Positions 36,901 to 49,244 of a stretch of 64,000 bases of DNA are shown piece after piece; position 1 is the first letter of the stretch, and each line of letters starts with the position of its first letter. Source of the stretch: Octopus sinensis (Eukaryota); assembly GCF_006345805.1 (NCBI RefSeq), contig NC_043000.1:7192001-7256000 (forward strand), given 5' to 3'. The notes beneath the pieces are model-generated. The model was not told where the DNA came from. It worked only from the letters and a program-made list of their open reading frames with translations, and did no database searches. The translations under genes were made by a program, and so were the position numbers.

Positions 36901-37288
36901 TGTCAGAATACTGGTCACAGTTTTAAGTGATGAAAATTTTGGTACCATACTGCAAGTAAATGTTTAAGTGAAGCTGATGCTCTTCATGTGTTTCTGAATG
37001 GCCAACTTAGATTGTCCATGCTACAATTACTTTAGTTTCAACACACGATCTCAGATCGTTTTATATGATGAAAATTTTGGTACCCATACTGCAGTAATTA
37101 AGTGAACTGATGCTCTTCACCATGTTGTTCTGAATCCAACTCGTAGATTGTCCATGCTACAATTACTTTAGTTTCAACACACGATCTCAGATCAAATTTA
37201 TGACAAAAGTACATGCTGTATTTATGTTTATTTTTTCTTATATAATTTATGATTTTTCATTTCATTAATTTTCTTGCTACTATTTCAG

Positions 37289-37400
37289 AATAGAACATGG
37301 TTTTCAAGGTGTAATAAAACGATGGCGTATGAAAGGCCTTCCAGCATCACACGGAGTTACCAAAGCTCATCGTCGTATTGGAAGCATTGGTGGTCGACCG
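37289..37400 (+). CDS. mrpl3: MRPL3 exon 7: IEHGFQGVIKRWRMKGLPASHGVTKAHRRIGSIGGRP
   Basis: tttcag / CCG|GTATGT, 112 nt; uL3 signature GFQGV.KRW...G.PASHG.TK.HRR.G. Confidence 0.97.
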
Positions 37401-38560
37401 GTATGTAGAATCATAATTCAAATTTTGGTTTGTGAATCTGGGAGGATGTGTAACCATGTTGGTGATGGAGGTCTTGTTACAAATTTTGTGTGTAAGAAAA
37501 AAAAAATCATTGTAAATGACACTTGTTAACATTCAGATTACTTTGTTGAATGTAATGTTTATTTATTCACATTGTTTTGAATTATTCATGCATTATCTTA
37601 TAGCTTTCAGGTTTCAATGATGTCATTGCTTATTTTCAAAATGGCATTGTTGGATAGGTGTGAGAGGCTGGATCTGACTGGTTTGAACATAAAACAGGAA
37701 AAATGTTTGGGCCAGATATGGTTGATTTAAATACTAAAAGGTTAAGCCATGAAATATATTAAACTGGGGGATATCAGAAAATATCATATGCAATAAAACT
37801 GCACTTTTGGCTTTATCATAGAAATTTCCTTTTGGTAAAGAATAGTAGCAGAGGGCCTTCCAGTGCTCTTTTCATTTGTACCTTGCTAACTGGGATCAGA
37901 TTATACTTGCTCTTATAAACTATATCTTTCACTGTGGTGTCTGTATAGCCAGATGAAGATAGCTATTCTGAACTGTTTTATCAGAGACACCATGTAACTC
38001 TGTCGTATCTTATTTCGTCAAAATAAGTTTCTTTGAATTATTTCAGTTCCTGCTGTTCGAGTAATGAAAAGCAATTCAATAATTATTGATGTAAAAATAT
38101 AGTACATTTCATCAGTTTGTTTTTTTTACTGTCCACTCTTCCATGTGTCTGTCAGAATGCACTGAGACAAATCATCACCTGTTTCCAAGCAAGTTAATAA
38201 TCTCCTAGTCTATCAAACAATGAACAGCCAAGACAAATGATGCCATTGCACAAATCTAAAAGCCGGGACACTGTCTGTATTGACAGTGAGGCTGTTGTTT
38301 ACAGTCAGTGAACATATGAGAAGATGAGAGAAAATACAAATTCACATGCATCATTCAGTTTCTGTCTACCAGTTTTATTCACAAGACATTTTGGTTGACA
38401 TGTGGCCATAGTTTAGAATCTAGCCAACAACTAACTTTCATGCAGTGGGATTGAACTTTTAACCACTTGGTTCTGAAGCAAACTTCTTAACCACACAGCC
38501 ATGCCTTCACCTGTAATTGTTGATGATGCTATTTTCTTGAATTATATATATAATGCCTGT

Positions 38561-38886
38561 GAAGGCGCATGGCTCAGTGGTTAGAGCGTCAAATTTACGA
38601 TCATGAGGTTGTGAGTTCGAATCCCGAACCAGGCTGTGTGTTGTGTTCTTGAGCAAGACACTTTATTTCCCTTCCCTCCTGTTCACTCAGCTGTAGAAAT
38701 GAGTTGTAACATCACTGGTGTCAAGCTGTATTGGCCCCTTTGCCTTTCCCTTGGATAACATCGGTGGTGTGGAGAGGGGAAGCCGGTGTGCATGGGTGAC
38801 TGCTGGTTTTCCATAAACAACCTTTCCCGGACTTTTGCTTGGGAGGGTAACTTTCTCATGGTCAGTCGTGACCGAAGGGGATCTCA
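38561..38886 (+). mobile_element. tRNA-derived SINE, family D
   Basis: gaaggcgcatggctcagtggttagagcg...gagttcgaatccc. Partial - strand relatives at about 1620-1770, 5900-6100, 25240-25385, 31150-31320 and 31390-31510. Confidence 0.82.
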
Positions 38887-39344
38887 ACATATAATTCCCA
38901 TTCATTAAGCAAATATTTGGAGTGCTGTTGTATTTCTTTTAGATGTTGCTACAGTGACCCTAATCAGCTTTGCTTGAACTGATGTATTGTTCAGAAATAG
39001 GCAATGATGTGCATGGCGTGCCAGAGCAACTGGCAGGCCATGCACATGAAATAAGCCAGTCTCCTTTCACATTCACATAAACTTATTTACCTACCCACTC
39101 ACTCTCTCCAATCCTCTTATATTCACCTTCCTGTAACTTGAGAGTATACCTTGGCATATCTTTACCATCATCATCTCTTGTTTATAACTGGAGTAGCCAG
39201 GTATCTCCTCTACAAAAAGACACCTGTTCTTTTCCTCTATCATACTTAAGCCTCTCATCACCTGGCATTCAGCTATCTCCTTCACTACTACAGCCACCCT
39301 CAGTTGAGGGGTCTTGTCTTGCTAGTTACCTCACTATTGCCAGT

Positions 39345-39580
39345 GCCACACAAAATGCACCCAGGCGTTGCCAGTACCACCTAACTGGCCCTCGTGCCGG
39401 TGGAACGTAAAAGCACCCACTACACTCTCGGAGTGGTTGGCGTTAGGAAGGGCATCCAGCTGTAGAAACTCTGCCAGATCAGATTGAAGTCTGGTGCAGC
39501 CATCTGGTTCGCCAGACCTCAGTCAAATCGTCCAACCCATGCTAGCATGGAAAGCGGATGTTAAACGATATTGATGATGA
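39345..39580 (+). mobile_element. RTE tail fragment
   Basis: gtgccggtggaacgtaaaagcacccactacactctcggagtggttggcgttaggaagggc...ccatgctagcatgg...gatgatga. Confidence 0.8.
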
Positions 39581-39924
39581 TCCAGTTGTAGAAACTATGC
39601 CAAAGCAGATATTGGGGCTTGACTCTGTCCTCTGGCTTGCTAACTCCTATTGAACCATCCAACTCGTGCCAGTATGGAAAATGGATGTTAAATGATGAGG
39701 ATGATTCTTGAAAATGACCTTACAATGCCTGATTATGTGTGGGGCAGTATGAAAGTCATAACATATTGTATATGGGTCTTTGTTAACTTTATTCATATGT
39801 ATACAATTTATTTTATTTCATCCATTTTGTGAACATAGCATCATTAGTTACAGGTTTCCAATGGACAAATCACTGGTTCAGTGCATTTCTACTAATAGGT
39901 GCAAGCGTGGCTTTATAGGTGCAG

Positions 39925-40195
39925 GCATGACTGTGTGGTAAGAAGTTTGCTTCCCAACCACATGGTTCCAGGTTCAGTCCCACTGCATGACACCTTAAAC
40001 AAGTGTCTTCTACTATAGCCTTGGGCTAACCAAAGCCTTGTGAGTGGATTTGGTGGATGGAAACTGAAAGAAGCCCATTGTATATATCTGTGTGTGTGTG
40101 TATCTGTGTTTGTCTCCTACCACAGCTTGACAACAGGTGTTGGTGTGGTTTGGCAAAAAGAGACTGATAGAATAAGAACCAATCTTAAAATGAAA
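39925..40195 (+). mobile_element. SINE family A
   Basis: Head and central homology. Confidence 0.82.
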
Positions 40196-41556
40196 AACAA
40201 ATACGTTTCTTGTTGTAGAAGTTTCTCACATTTTGGAAGAAAATGTTGGAGTGATCGGGGCGGAGCTGGAAAGAGATAATAATAGTGGTGATAAGATGTC
40301 AGGGTAGACTCTCAAGGTATGAGAAGTGAGTGGGGTTGGAAAGAGATAATAATAGTGGTGATAAGATGTCAGGGTAGACTCTCAAGGTATGAGAAGTGAG
40401 TGGGGGACAGAAGAACCAGGAGTATGTGTGAGTAGGTTGCAGGAACGTATGAGAAAGCAAATGTTGGGGAATGGGTGAGGGGTGAATAAAATGAATGAAG
40501 AACATGTGTTTAGGTGTAAATGTAGTGTATGGTGCTTGAGAGGTGGTAGGGGAATGACTGATGATGCATGGAAGTGAAGAGCAGCAGAATGGTAATTATG
40601 ACACAGTAGACAGGAGAAGGATGAGAGTTATATATGACATGTAGTTAGGTAAGCTGCAAGATTGTGTGTGTATGTGGGATAGGAGAGAGAGAGGTAGTTT
40701 GGTGGCTGAGGGCTTGTGTGATCAATGTTAAAAGAAATCAATTGTAGTTTCTTCATTCATTTTATGTCTGTTCTTCCAGTGGGCAGTGGAGGTTTCTTTC
40801 CACTGGTTTTCAAAAGCATATCACTACAGGACATGTTGTTCACAGGGAATGTGAAAATAATATCACCATTTTGCTCAGATGTTGTCATGTGAAGACAAGG
40901 AATGTAAACATTCATTTATATACCACGCTATACACACTCAATATGCTTTCGAACAGTTTGTCTACCAACTTCACTCACAAAACATGTCCACTTGTATCCA
41001 TTTAATGTCATAGCTGTAATATTTCTTTCAAAAGACTGCTTTTTCTGCATTCCATTTGGTTGGTTTTTCTCACTAAAATCATGGTTGATATTTAAGTAAA
41101 CAAAAAAAAAAAAGAAACAAAATTTCATTTTCAGATTTTAAGAAGAAATAAGGAGATAATAAGTTAAGTGGGTTTTTTTAACTAAAAATAAAACAACAGG
41201 AAGAGGAATGTTTTGTGGAATTCTCTATCCTGATATTTATTTTAATTCCTTATCAGAGTAACTAAGCAGAAATTTAAGCAAAAAAAAAAAAATACTTGAA
41301 TCTGTTTGAAACTTATCTTTCTTGGCTTAAACTCTTAAACACAAGAACTTCCTAAGTGTTGCTCTGATATGCAATATATTTCAAGAATCTAGTCAAGGAC
41401 AGAGCTGAATAATTTAAGAAAGATAATCTTCTTCAGCTATAAATTGTACAAGAAGAATTTCACTATCAGTTTGCTTTATACAGTTATTTATTTTTATTTC
41501 TATTTATTTTCAGCATTTCTATAAATGTCATCTGACATGTGTTTTATTTATTTCAG

Positions 41557-41634
41557 AATCGTTCAGCTATTAAAAAAGGTAAAAAAATGCCTGGTCATAT
41601 GGGAGGTGATTGGAGTACTCTGAGAGGTTTGAAA
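41557..41634 (+). CDS. mrpl3: MRPL3 exon 8: NRSAIKKGKKMPGHMGGDWSTLRGLK
   Basis: tttcag / AAA|GTAAGC, 78 nt; uL3 G.KMPGHMG motif. Confidence 0.96.
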
Positions 41635-41804
41635 GTAAGCACAGTTTCCTTAACCGTTTCATCATCATATTACCGTTGAAATACACTGCCTTTGTTTCAA
41701 CTAATCTTTAAAATAATGAAGAATTTAGTAAAATATATTGCCATTATTTTGAACATAAATTAACATGAAATCTTTAATGAGGGTTTTAACTTAGGCCACC
41801 TTAA

Positions 41805-41989
41805 CCTTAAGCATTACATTGTTTTCAATTGATCATGCATTATTTTGCAGTTTTGAGATTTAAATTATATAGTTGTTTATTATTAGAATAACATTGTAGG
41901 GTAGGTGTGAAAGGTCATATCTGGCCAGTTTGAACATAAAACAAGGAAGAATATTTGGGCTGGTTTTGGCCAGTTTAAATGCTAAAGGG
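41805..41989. mobile_element. piggyBac-like MITE, second family
   Basis: TTAA|CCTTAAGCATT ... AATGCTAAAGGG|TTAA. Homologous copies at 62764-62973 and about 37525-37745. Confidence 0.78.
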
Positions 41990-42179
41990 TTAAACAGGAA
42001 ATTTGTATCATAAACCCAATGGTAGTTTTGGCTGGGTTAGTATCACCAGGGTTAGTTAACTGATTGGTAACTTTAGTAAACATGGTCAATTGCTATGTAG
42101 ACTAACTCAATTATTTAGTTTATGTAGAGAAGATACTGTAATGTTCAAAGTCTTGTATGTGACTTTAAACAGCATCTAG

Positions 42180-42660
42180 TAGTGGAGCCCTGGTTTGGGA
42201 GGTGCAAGGTTTTGAGGTGTGTGGAACCACCTCTTAGCCTTTACTGTTCCCAGGTGTACTCTGACTTGTAGTAGTAGCAACTGTCAGATGGGGCTCATTA
42301 GCCTGGGATGGAGGGGGCAACACATCTAGGGGAAGGAAAATCTTGATTTCAAACCTGTGTTGCCTTGTGGTCATACCCAACCTTGAGAAAGACTTCCGGA
42401 GTGAACCCCGAGGAAAAAATCAGGAGCCAGAGCCCCTGAAGTGGTTTCATGTTGTCTACAACCTCATTCTGGCAACTCCTGCAATGATGCTGGTGCCAAA
42501 CTGCACTGTCTTTTGGATCCATCATTGACATGGAAAGTGGGGACATACTGCATGGGCAACAATCCATCTTCCATACCATACTGCCCAAGACTGGATCCTA
42601 TTGAACACCCTATTCTGGGGAGATTGTTCCAGTAGGGCAAACAACTAGGACCTTCATCTA
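42180..42660 (+). mobile_element. Probable RTE 5'UTR fragment
   Basis: ggcaacacatctaggggaaggaaaatcttgatttcaaacc resembles the ggcaacc..tctaggagaaggaaaactc..attcaaacc motif I recall from RTE 5' ends; recognition only. Confidence 0.45.
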
Positions 42661-44004
42661 TAGATTATTATGATCAGAAAGAGGCCTCTAGATATGGCAA
42701 CAATCCATCTTCCATACCATCCGCCCAAGACTGGATCCTATTGAACACCCTATTCTGGGAGATTGTTCCAGTAGGGCAAAACAACCCTATTCTAGAGATT
42801 TTCATCTATAGAACAACTGATCACATTATTATGAAAGAGGCCTCTAGATATGGCAAGTTCTTAGAAAGCCAAATGGAATTAAAAGTACTTATATTACTCA
42901 TACTTTTCCCAAAATGAGATAAATTTGACAACTTTGGACTTAGTTTCTGTTAAAAATATCAAGTTTTATGTTAGATGGAATTCTTAGTTTCACTTTCTGA
43001 ATGAAAGTATTTTTTACTTAGCATTTTACAACCCTGACTCACTGTTGTATAGAGGTGACCTTGTCGAGTGGAAGGTAAGTTATTTGAATACAAGCTCACA
43101 TTATGTGTTCAGATCAGGCATTTTATTGTTTGAGAGGTAGGATGATTGTACTTACATTCCTAGGTTTCCCTTGCTGATCTGAATAGAAGTATGATAATTT
43201 TTAGGTGTCATGCCCACCTAGAGGGAGCAGCAAGATCTCAGAGTGAAATTCAACTATAGAATAAGCAAATCCTATAAATTTCAATTTCTCTCTCTCTCTC
43301 TCTCTCTCATGCACACACCACACACACACACACAGCCTACTTTAGTGAGTGAGAAAGAACTACTGAATATTCCTTCTAATCTTATCTTAAAGACCAGCTA
43401 TCATCAGTAATTTAATTTAGTCAAATTTAGTTTATAATAAACACATGAATCAGCAATGATCAAAATGATTATATTACATTTATATATAATTCAATTGTGT
43501 ACATGAAAATGTGGGAGACATTTGCTGCTAGCCTTGTCTTGAAGAAAAAAAATTTCTCCTTCTAGACTGTGTGTATAAAACATCAAGTTGGGCTCTGAAT
43601 AACAGCAGACTGCCAGATACATGTTTTGGTGTGATTATACCTCTTCAGTAGTAGACACTGTTTCAGCTGTTCACAGCCCACTCAGAACTTCTATTCTTAT
43701 GTGTTGCTGTGTGCTGAGCTTTGTCAAGCTGTAATTAATTTATTATAAGCACACAAGAAGAAGCAATGATCAAAATAATGATATGTATATATTTCTTTAA
43801 CTTCCTTTACAATAATAGAAATATCTACAGATATGAATTCTTTCATGTTATAATAAATTATCTACTTTTGCATAAAGCATTATTAGTGGCATTGCTGTCT
43901 CATGAAAAGTAGTCTTCGGGTCGATTTGCTTGTACATTTCTGGCAAAAACAACACTTTTACAGTATCTTAATGCTGTCCTTTCGATGTATTTCTCTGTTA
44001 TCTT

Positions 44005-44350
44005 TTACTTGAATCGTGACCATGCTGGGGTACTACCATGAAGTGTTTATTTAAGCAAATCAATTCCAGTACTTATTTTTTAAAGTCTGGAAATTTATTT
44101 CCTTTTGTCAAACCATTTAGTTATGGGGAGTGTAAACAAACCAACACCAGTTGTCAAGCAATGTAGGAAGGACAAACACACACACATACATTTACACAAG
44201 TTCCCATATATTTTCTATCTAAGAAATTCACTCACAAGTCATTGGTCAACCCAGGGATATAAGAGAAAACACTTGCCCAGTGTGCAGTGGGATTGGACTT
44301 GAAACTAGATGGTTGCAAAGTCAGCTTCTTAACCACATTACCATGCTTGC
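44005..44350 (-). mobile_element. SINE family A (degenerate)
   Basis: Reverse-complement homology. Confidence 0.75.
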
Positions 44351-44550
44351 ACCTCTCTCTAGGTGCTTTTACTTAAAACCATTTTTATTTATTTATCTAT
44401 CTGTCTAAATAATGAAGAAAGCATTAGTTAAAATTATCATTGTAACTAACTCAAAATAAATTCATAAATAAAAATGGAATGAAAATATATATTATATTGA
44501 GAAATATCATCAATGTTGCAACTTCCTACTTTCTTTTTACCTGTCTACAG

Positions 44551-44793
44551 ATTTGGCGGATAAATACAAAATACAATGTTTTGTATGTAAACGGAAAAAA
44601 CATCCCAGGACGCATTCATTCCTTCATCAGAATCACAGACACAAAATTGCCTCACAAAGAATCGCCTGATAATCCACCCCATATGCCAACATGTTTTGTT
44701 GAGGACCAACCTGAAAATCTACCTGAAAATCTCTATGCTGATGATTTGTTTCAATTCATAGAACCATCTTTAACTTTTCCTGATGAATCATAG
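44551..44793 (+). CDS. mrpl3: MRPL3 exon 9 (terminal): IWRINTKYNVLYVNG...FPDES*
   Basis: ctacag acceptor, phase 0, TAG stop at 44791-3; WRINTK.N..YV.G motif. The nine exons sum to 1122 nt (373 aa plus stop). Confidence 0.95.
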   Translation: MWRINTKYNVLYVNGKNIPGRIHSFIRITDTKLPHKESPDNPPHMPTCFVEDQPENLPENLYADDLFQFIEPSLTFPDES

Positions 44794-44820
44794 ACAAGAT
44801 GAAAGTGTTAGAAAAAAGAG

Positions 44821-44826
44821 AATAAA
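44821..44826 (+). terminator. Polyadenylation signal of mrpl3
   Basis: AATAAA 27 nt after the stop codon, followed by T-rich sequence. Confidence 0.6.
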
Positions 44827-45055
44827 ATTTTAGTTCGTTATTTTATCTTTTAGTTGTTTCACTCATTTGACTGTGGCTATGCTGGGGTACCTCCTCGAAG
44901 GGTTTTAGTTGAACAAATCAACCCCAGGATTTTTTATGTCTAGTATTTATTCTATCAGTCTCTTTTGCCAAATTGCTAAGTTACAGGGACGTAAACACAC
45001 CAACATTGATTGCCAAGCAGTAGTGAGGGACAGACACAATCACACACACACACAT

Positions 45056-46125
45056 ATCATCATCATCGTTTAACGTCTGCTTTCCGTGCTAGTATGGGTT
45101 GGACGATTTGACTGAGGACTGGCGAACCAGATGGCTGCATCAGGCTCCAATCTTGATCTGGCAGAGTTTCTACAGCTGGATGTCCTTCCTAGTGCCAACC
45201 ACTCCAAGAGCGTTGTGGGTGCTTTTACGTGTCACCGGCACGAGGGCCAGTCAGGCGGTACTGGCAATGGCCACGCTCAAATGGTGTTTTTTACATGCTA
45301 CCTGCATAGGAGCCAGTCCAGCGGCACTGGCAACGACCTCGCTCGAATGTTTTTCACATGCCAGTGAGGCGACACTGGGAATGATCACGCTCAAACGCTG
45401 TTTTTTACGTTTCACAGGCACGGAAGCCATTCAGCCGCTCTGGGAACGATCACACTCGGATGGTGCTCTTAGCGCTCCACTAGCACGGATGCCAGTCATC
45501 AAATTTGATTTGATTTCACTTGCTTCAACAGGTCTTCACAAGCAGAGTTTAGTGTCCAATGAAGGAAAGATATGCACGTGGGCTGGTTACGCCTCTGGCA
45601 TAGGCCACAAAGTTATGGTCTCATTTGGCTTGCCGGGTCTTCTCAAGCACAGCATATTTCCAAAGGTCTCGGTCACTAGTCATTGCCTTGGTGAGGCCTA
45701 ATGTTTGAAGGTTGTGCTTCACCACTTCATCCCAGGTCTTCCTGGGTCTACCTCTTCCACAGGTTCCCTCAACCGCTAGGGTGTGGCACTTTTTCACACA
45801 GCTATCCTCATCCATTCTCACTACATGACCATACCAGCGCAGTCATCTCTCTTGCACACTACATCTGATGCTTCTTAGGTCTAACTTTTCTCTCAAGGTA
45901 ATTACGCTGTCGAGTATGCACACTGACATTACACATCCATTGGATCATACTGTCTTATGAGCTTACACATGTCTTCAGCAGTCACGGCCCATGTTTCACT
46001 GCCATGTAGCATGGCTGTTCGTACACATGCGTCATACAGTCTACCTTTAACTCTGAGCGAGAGTTAAAGGTAGACCAGCAGAGGTAAGAGCTCTCTGAAC
46101 TTTGCCCAGGCTCTTCTTATTCTAG
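45056..46125 (-). mobile_element. 5'-truncated RTE copy inserted at the (CA)n tract of a SINE
   Basis: ORF-track 45621-45821 (GRGRPRKTWDEVV...WKYAVLEKTRQAK*), homology to 4500-4890, repeated 3'UTR units, (GAT)n tail at 45056-67. Confidence 0.9.
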
Positions 46126-46144
46126 CAGATCGCTAGCCGCTAAA

Positions 46145-46318
46145 CCTTTTTATTTTCTCTCTCTGCTTATTTCTATGTTCCTTTCTGTTGAAGAGCGTAG
46201 GCTCGAAATGTTAAAGATGTTCTCACTTCCCGAGCGTTAAACTAATACATCTGTTTGTTGTTTACACATCTGTCTTCATCTTTTGTTCTGTCTTTTTTTT
46301 CGTAAATTCCAACTATAC
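46145..46318 (+). mobile_element. Penelope-like terminal repeat with a degenerate minimal hammerhead motif
   Basis: CTTT-CTGTTGA-a-GAGC gtag GCTC-GAAA-tgtt-AAAG at 46181-46216. Homologues at 58375-58520(+) and 58675-58810(-). Confidence 0.5.
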
Positions 46319-46331
46319 ACACTCACACACA

Positions 46332-46553
46332 AGGGGGGGGGGGGGTGAAATGTTCCTGGCTTTAAAGATATTGTGAAAGGCCTGGTTGGAGGCCCAACCT
46401 CCCAAGTTCTTTTACAGGGCTTAGAAAAACTGAAGGACCACTGCAATAAGTGTGTGAATCTAAGAAGGGAATAAGTTGGATAAAACCATAATTAACTGAT
46501 CCTCCTGTATTTTCTCTTACCCAAAGCCAGGAACTTTTCAGCACCTCCTCATG
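46332..46553. mobile_element. Tc1/mariner-like MITE
   Basis: TIRs gg..gtgaaatgttcctggcttt / aaagccaggaacttttcagcacctcctcatg, with TA at the right end. Confidence 0.72.
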
Positions 46554-46579
46554 TATTATATATATATATATATATATAA

Positions 46580-46910
46580 GCATCATCATTTTTTAACGTC
46601 CGTTTTCCATGCTAGCATGGGTTGGACGGTTCAACTAGGGTCTGGGAAGCCAGGAGGCTGCACCAGGCTCCAGTCTGATCTGGCAGTGTTTCTACAGTGA
46701 GTGTAGTGGGTGCTTTTTACGTGCCACTGGCACAGGTGTCAGGGGAGGCTGGCAACAGCCAAGACTGGTTGGTGCTTTTTATGTGCCACCGGTACGGAAG
46801 CCAGTCTAGGCGGCACTGGCATCGGCCACATTCGGATGGTGCTTTTTACGTGCCACTGGCACAGGTATCGCAACTACAATTTCCATTTGATTTTTTGATA
46901 TTGATGCATA
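46580..46910 (-). mobile_element. RTE 3'UTR/tail fragment
   Basis: Tail, core-motif units and the attgtagtt..gatac segment shared with 27348-27925. Head-to-head with an older + copy at about 46960-47170. Confidence 0.8.
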
Positions 46911-47439
46911 TATATATATAGATATATGTGTGTGTTTGTACGTATGTATATTATCATTATCCAAAAAGAAAGGTGCCTCATAAAAAGCACTGATGATGGT
47001 GCAATGGGGCATACGAAAAGCACCCAATACACTAATAAGTGGCTGGCATAATAAAGGGCATCAAGCTGTAGAAACCAGGCCAAAAACAGATTATGGAACC
47101 TGATGCAGCCCTTATCAATCCATCCAACCCATGCAAGCATAGAAAACAAATGTTGAAAGATGGTGATAATGATTATTATTATTTTTACATCTACTTTAGA
47201 GTGGTCATTTTATGTGAGGTGTTGATGAAAAGAGTTGAGTTAGGTTTGTTGTGGAGGTGATCCATATCTAATTCACATTTTACAGATATAGCTGGAGTAG
47301 TACCTCAGTGAGTGGTAAGTAGGGTGGTGATGAAGTAGCATATCCTCAAGATAACATATCTAAGAAGAACAGGTCATGGAAATTAGAGAATCAATAGAGG
47401 TAGGTAAGGCTGCAGGAGTGTAAGGGAAGAATGAGAGAT

Positions 47440-48825
47440 TGATATAAATATAGGTTGGAGGTAGTCAGATGTGTATAGGAGGTGAACAGGAGTTGGGTGA
47501 TTGATGGTAATTATGAGCAGAGTTAACAATAAGTATGAAGGATAGATGTTAGTTGGAAATAAACTCAGAGACGAGGGAGGTTGACTAACTACAGAAAGAA
47601 TGAAATGAAATGGTCTCTAGTAATATATGTCATCATCTTTTAATGTCCATTTTCCATGGTGGCATGGATTGGACATTTTAAGAGGATCCAAAAAACCAGA
47701 GGACTGCATCAATGTTCATTTAAATGTTGGCTTTTGTATGGCTTCTTTGGCTGGATGTCCATTCTAATGTCACCCATCTTACAAAGTGTGCTGGGTTCAT
47801 GTCACCAGCACTGTCAAAGTGTTAATGTAGTTCACAAAACTAAAATCCATTTCAACTGAGTTGGGGCTACAGTAGAGAAAGGTAGCTTTATGCTAGGAGA
47901 TGAGAGGTTAAAGTATGAAAGAACGGCCCAGAACTGAATAAGTTACTTGCTGGAGAGGAGCTACCTGGCTACTTACATTATAGAGGAATGGGTGGGGTGG
48001 AACTGGAAAGAGAGAGAATAATGGTGATAAAGTGTTAGAGCAGATCCCGAAAGTACAAGGTCAGTAGAGACAGAACTAGGGATGAGGATGGTAGAGGTTG
48101 CAAGAGTGTATGGGGAGAATGAGGGGTAAATATGATGAACAAAGGTTGAGATGTGGTTCATGATAACTAGAAAGAAGAGTTAAGAAGAGTAGGTGAAGAC
48201 TGTTGAGATTGGATTGGGTTGAAAGTAGCGAATAGTAGACAAGGGTGAAGTAGTATGGACGATATGAAATGGGAGAAGATAGGGAGAGCAGGTGATGATC
48301 ATTTCTTTGAAGCTTAGACTTCTCTCTACAACTTCTCTGATAATTTTTTAAATCTATGATCTTTGTGAAGGTCCATGGCCTCATGGTAAGGGTGCGGCCC
48401 TCACAATCATATGATCATTTTTTATTTCCTTGTTCCATTGTATTCTTGAGCAAAACACTTCATTTTATGTTGCTCCAATCTGCTCAGCTATAAATGAGTT
48501 CCAACAATAGCTGAGAAGTTAATCCTATGACAGATTGGTAACCCATTCTGGAGAGAGTGTTGTAATCTTAGTCCTCTGTATATTGTAGAAACCTAAGGCT
48601 TATGACAGAGTGTCTTAAATCTGGATATAAATATGGGTTGGAGGTAGTCAGGTGTGTATAGGAGGAGAACATAGTAAATGGTGAACAGGAGTTGGGTGAT
48701 TGATGGTGAATATGAGCAGGGTTAACAATAAGAATAAAGGACAGATGTTAGTTGGAAGTAACTCAGAGATGAAGGAGGTTGACTGGCAGTACAGAAAGAG
48801 TGAAATGAAATGGTCTCTAGTAACA
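47440..48825 (-). repeat. Two copies (47440-47620 and 48630-48825) of an old retroelement fragment, possibly Penelope RT
   Basis: Direct repeat of about 190 bp ending aatgaaatggtctctagtaa; minus-strand LYTS-like remnant. Confidence 0.4.
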
Positions 48826-49038
48826 TGTCACCTGGTTTGAGCTATAACAAACCAGAAATGAATAAAGAATCTCTCTTTACTGAAGTTGACGTTTCATTCC
48901 ATTAATACTCTAAGTTTTCCCTTACTATCTCACATGGGTACTTATTTTATCAGTCTCTTTTACTGAACCACTAAGTTATGGGGATGTAAACAAATCAATA
49001 CCAGTTGTAAAGTGATGGTGAAGGGACAAACACATACA

Positions 49039-49071
<33 letters not shown>

Positions 49072-49244
49072 TACAGGCTGCTTCACAGTTTCTGTCCACC
49101 TAATTCACACACAAGGCATTAGTGAGCTATAGTAGAAGATCCTTGCCCAAGGTGTCACACAGTGGGACTGAAACAGAAACGATAAGGTTACAAAGCAAAC
49201 TTCTTAACCACAGAGCTATGCCTGAACCTAAATTAATTTTCTTT

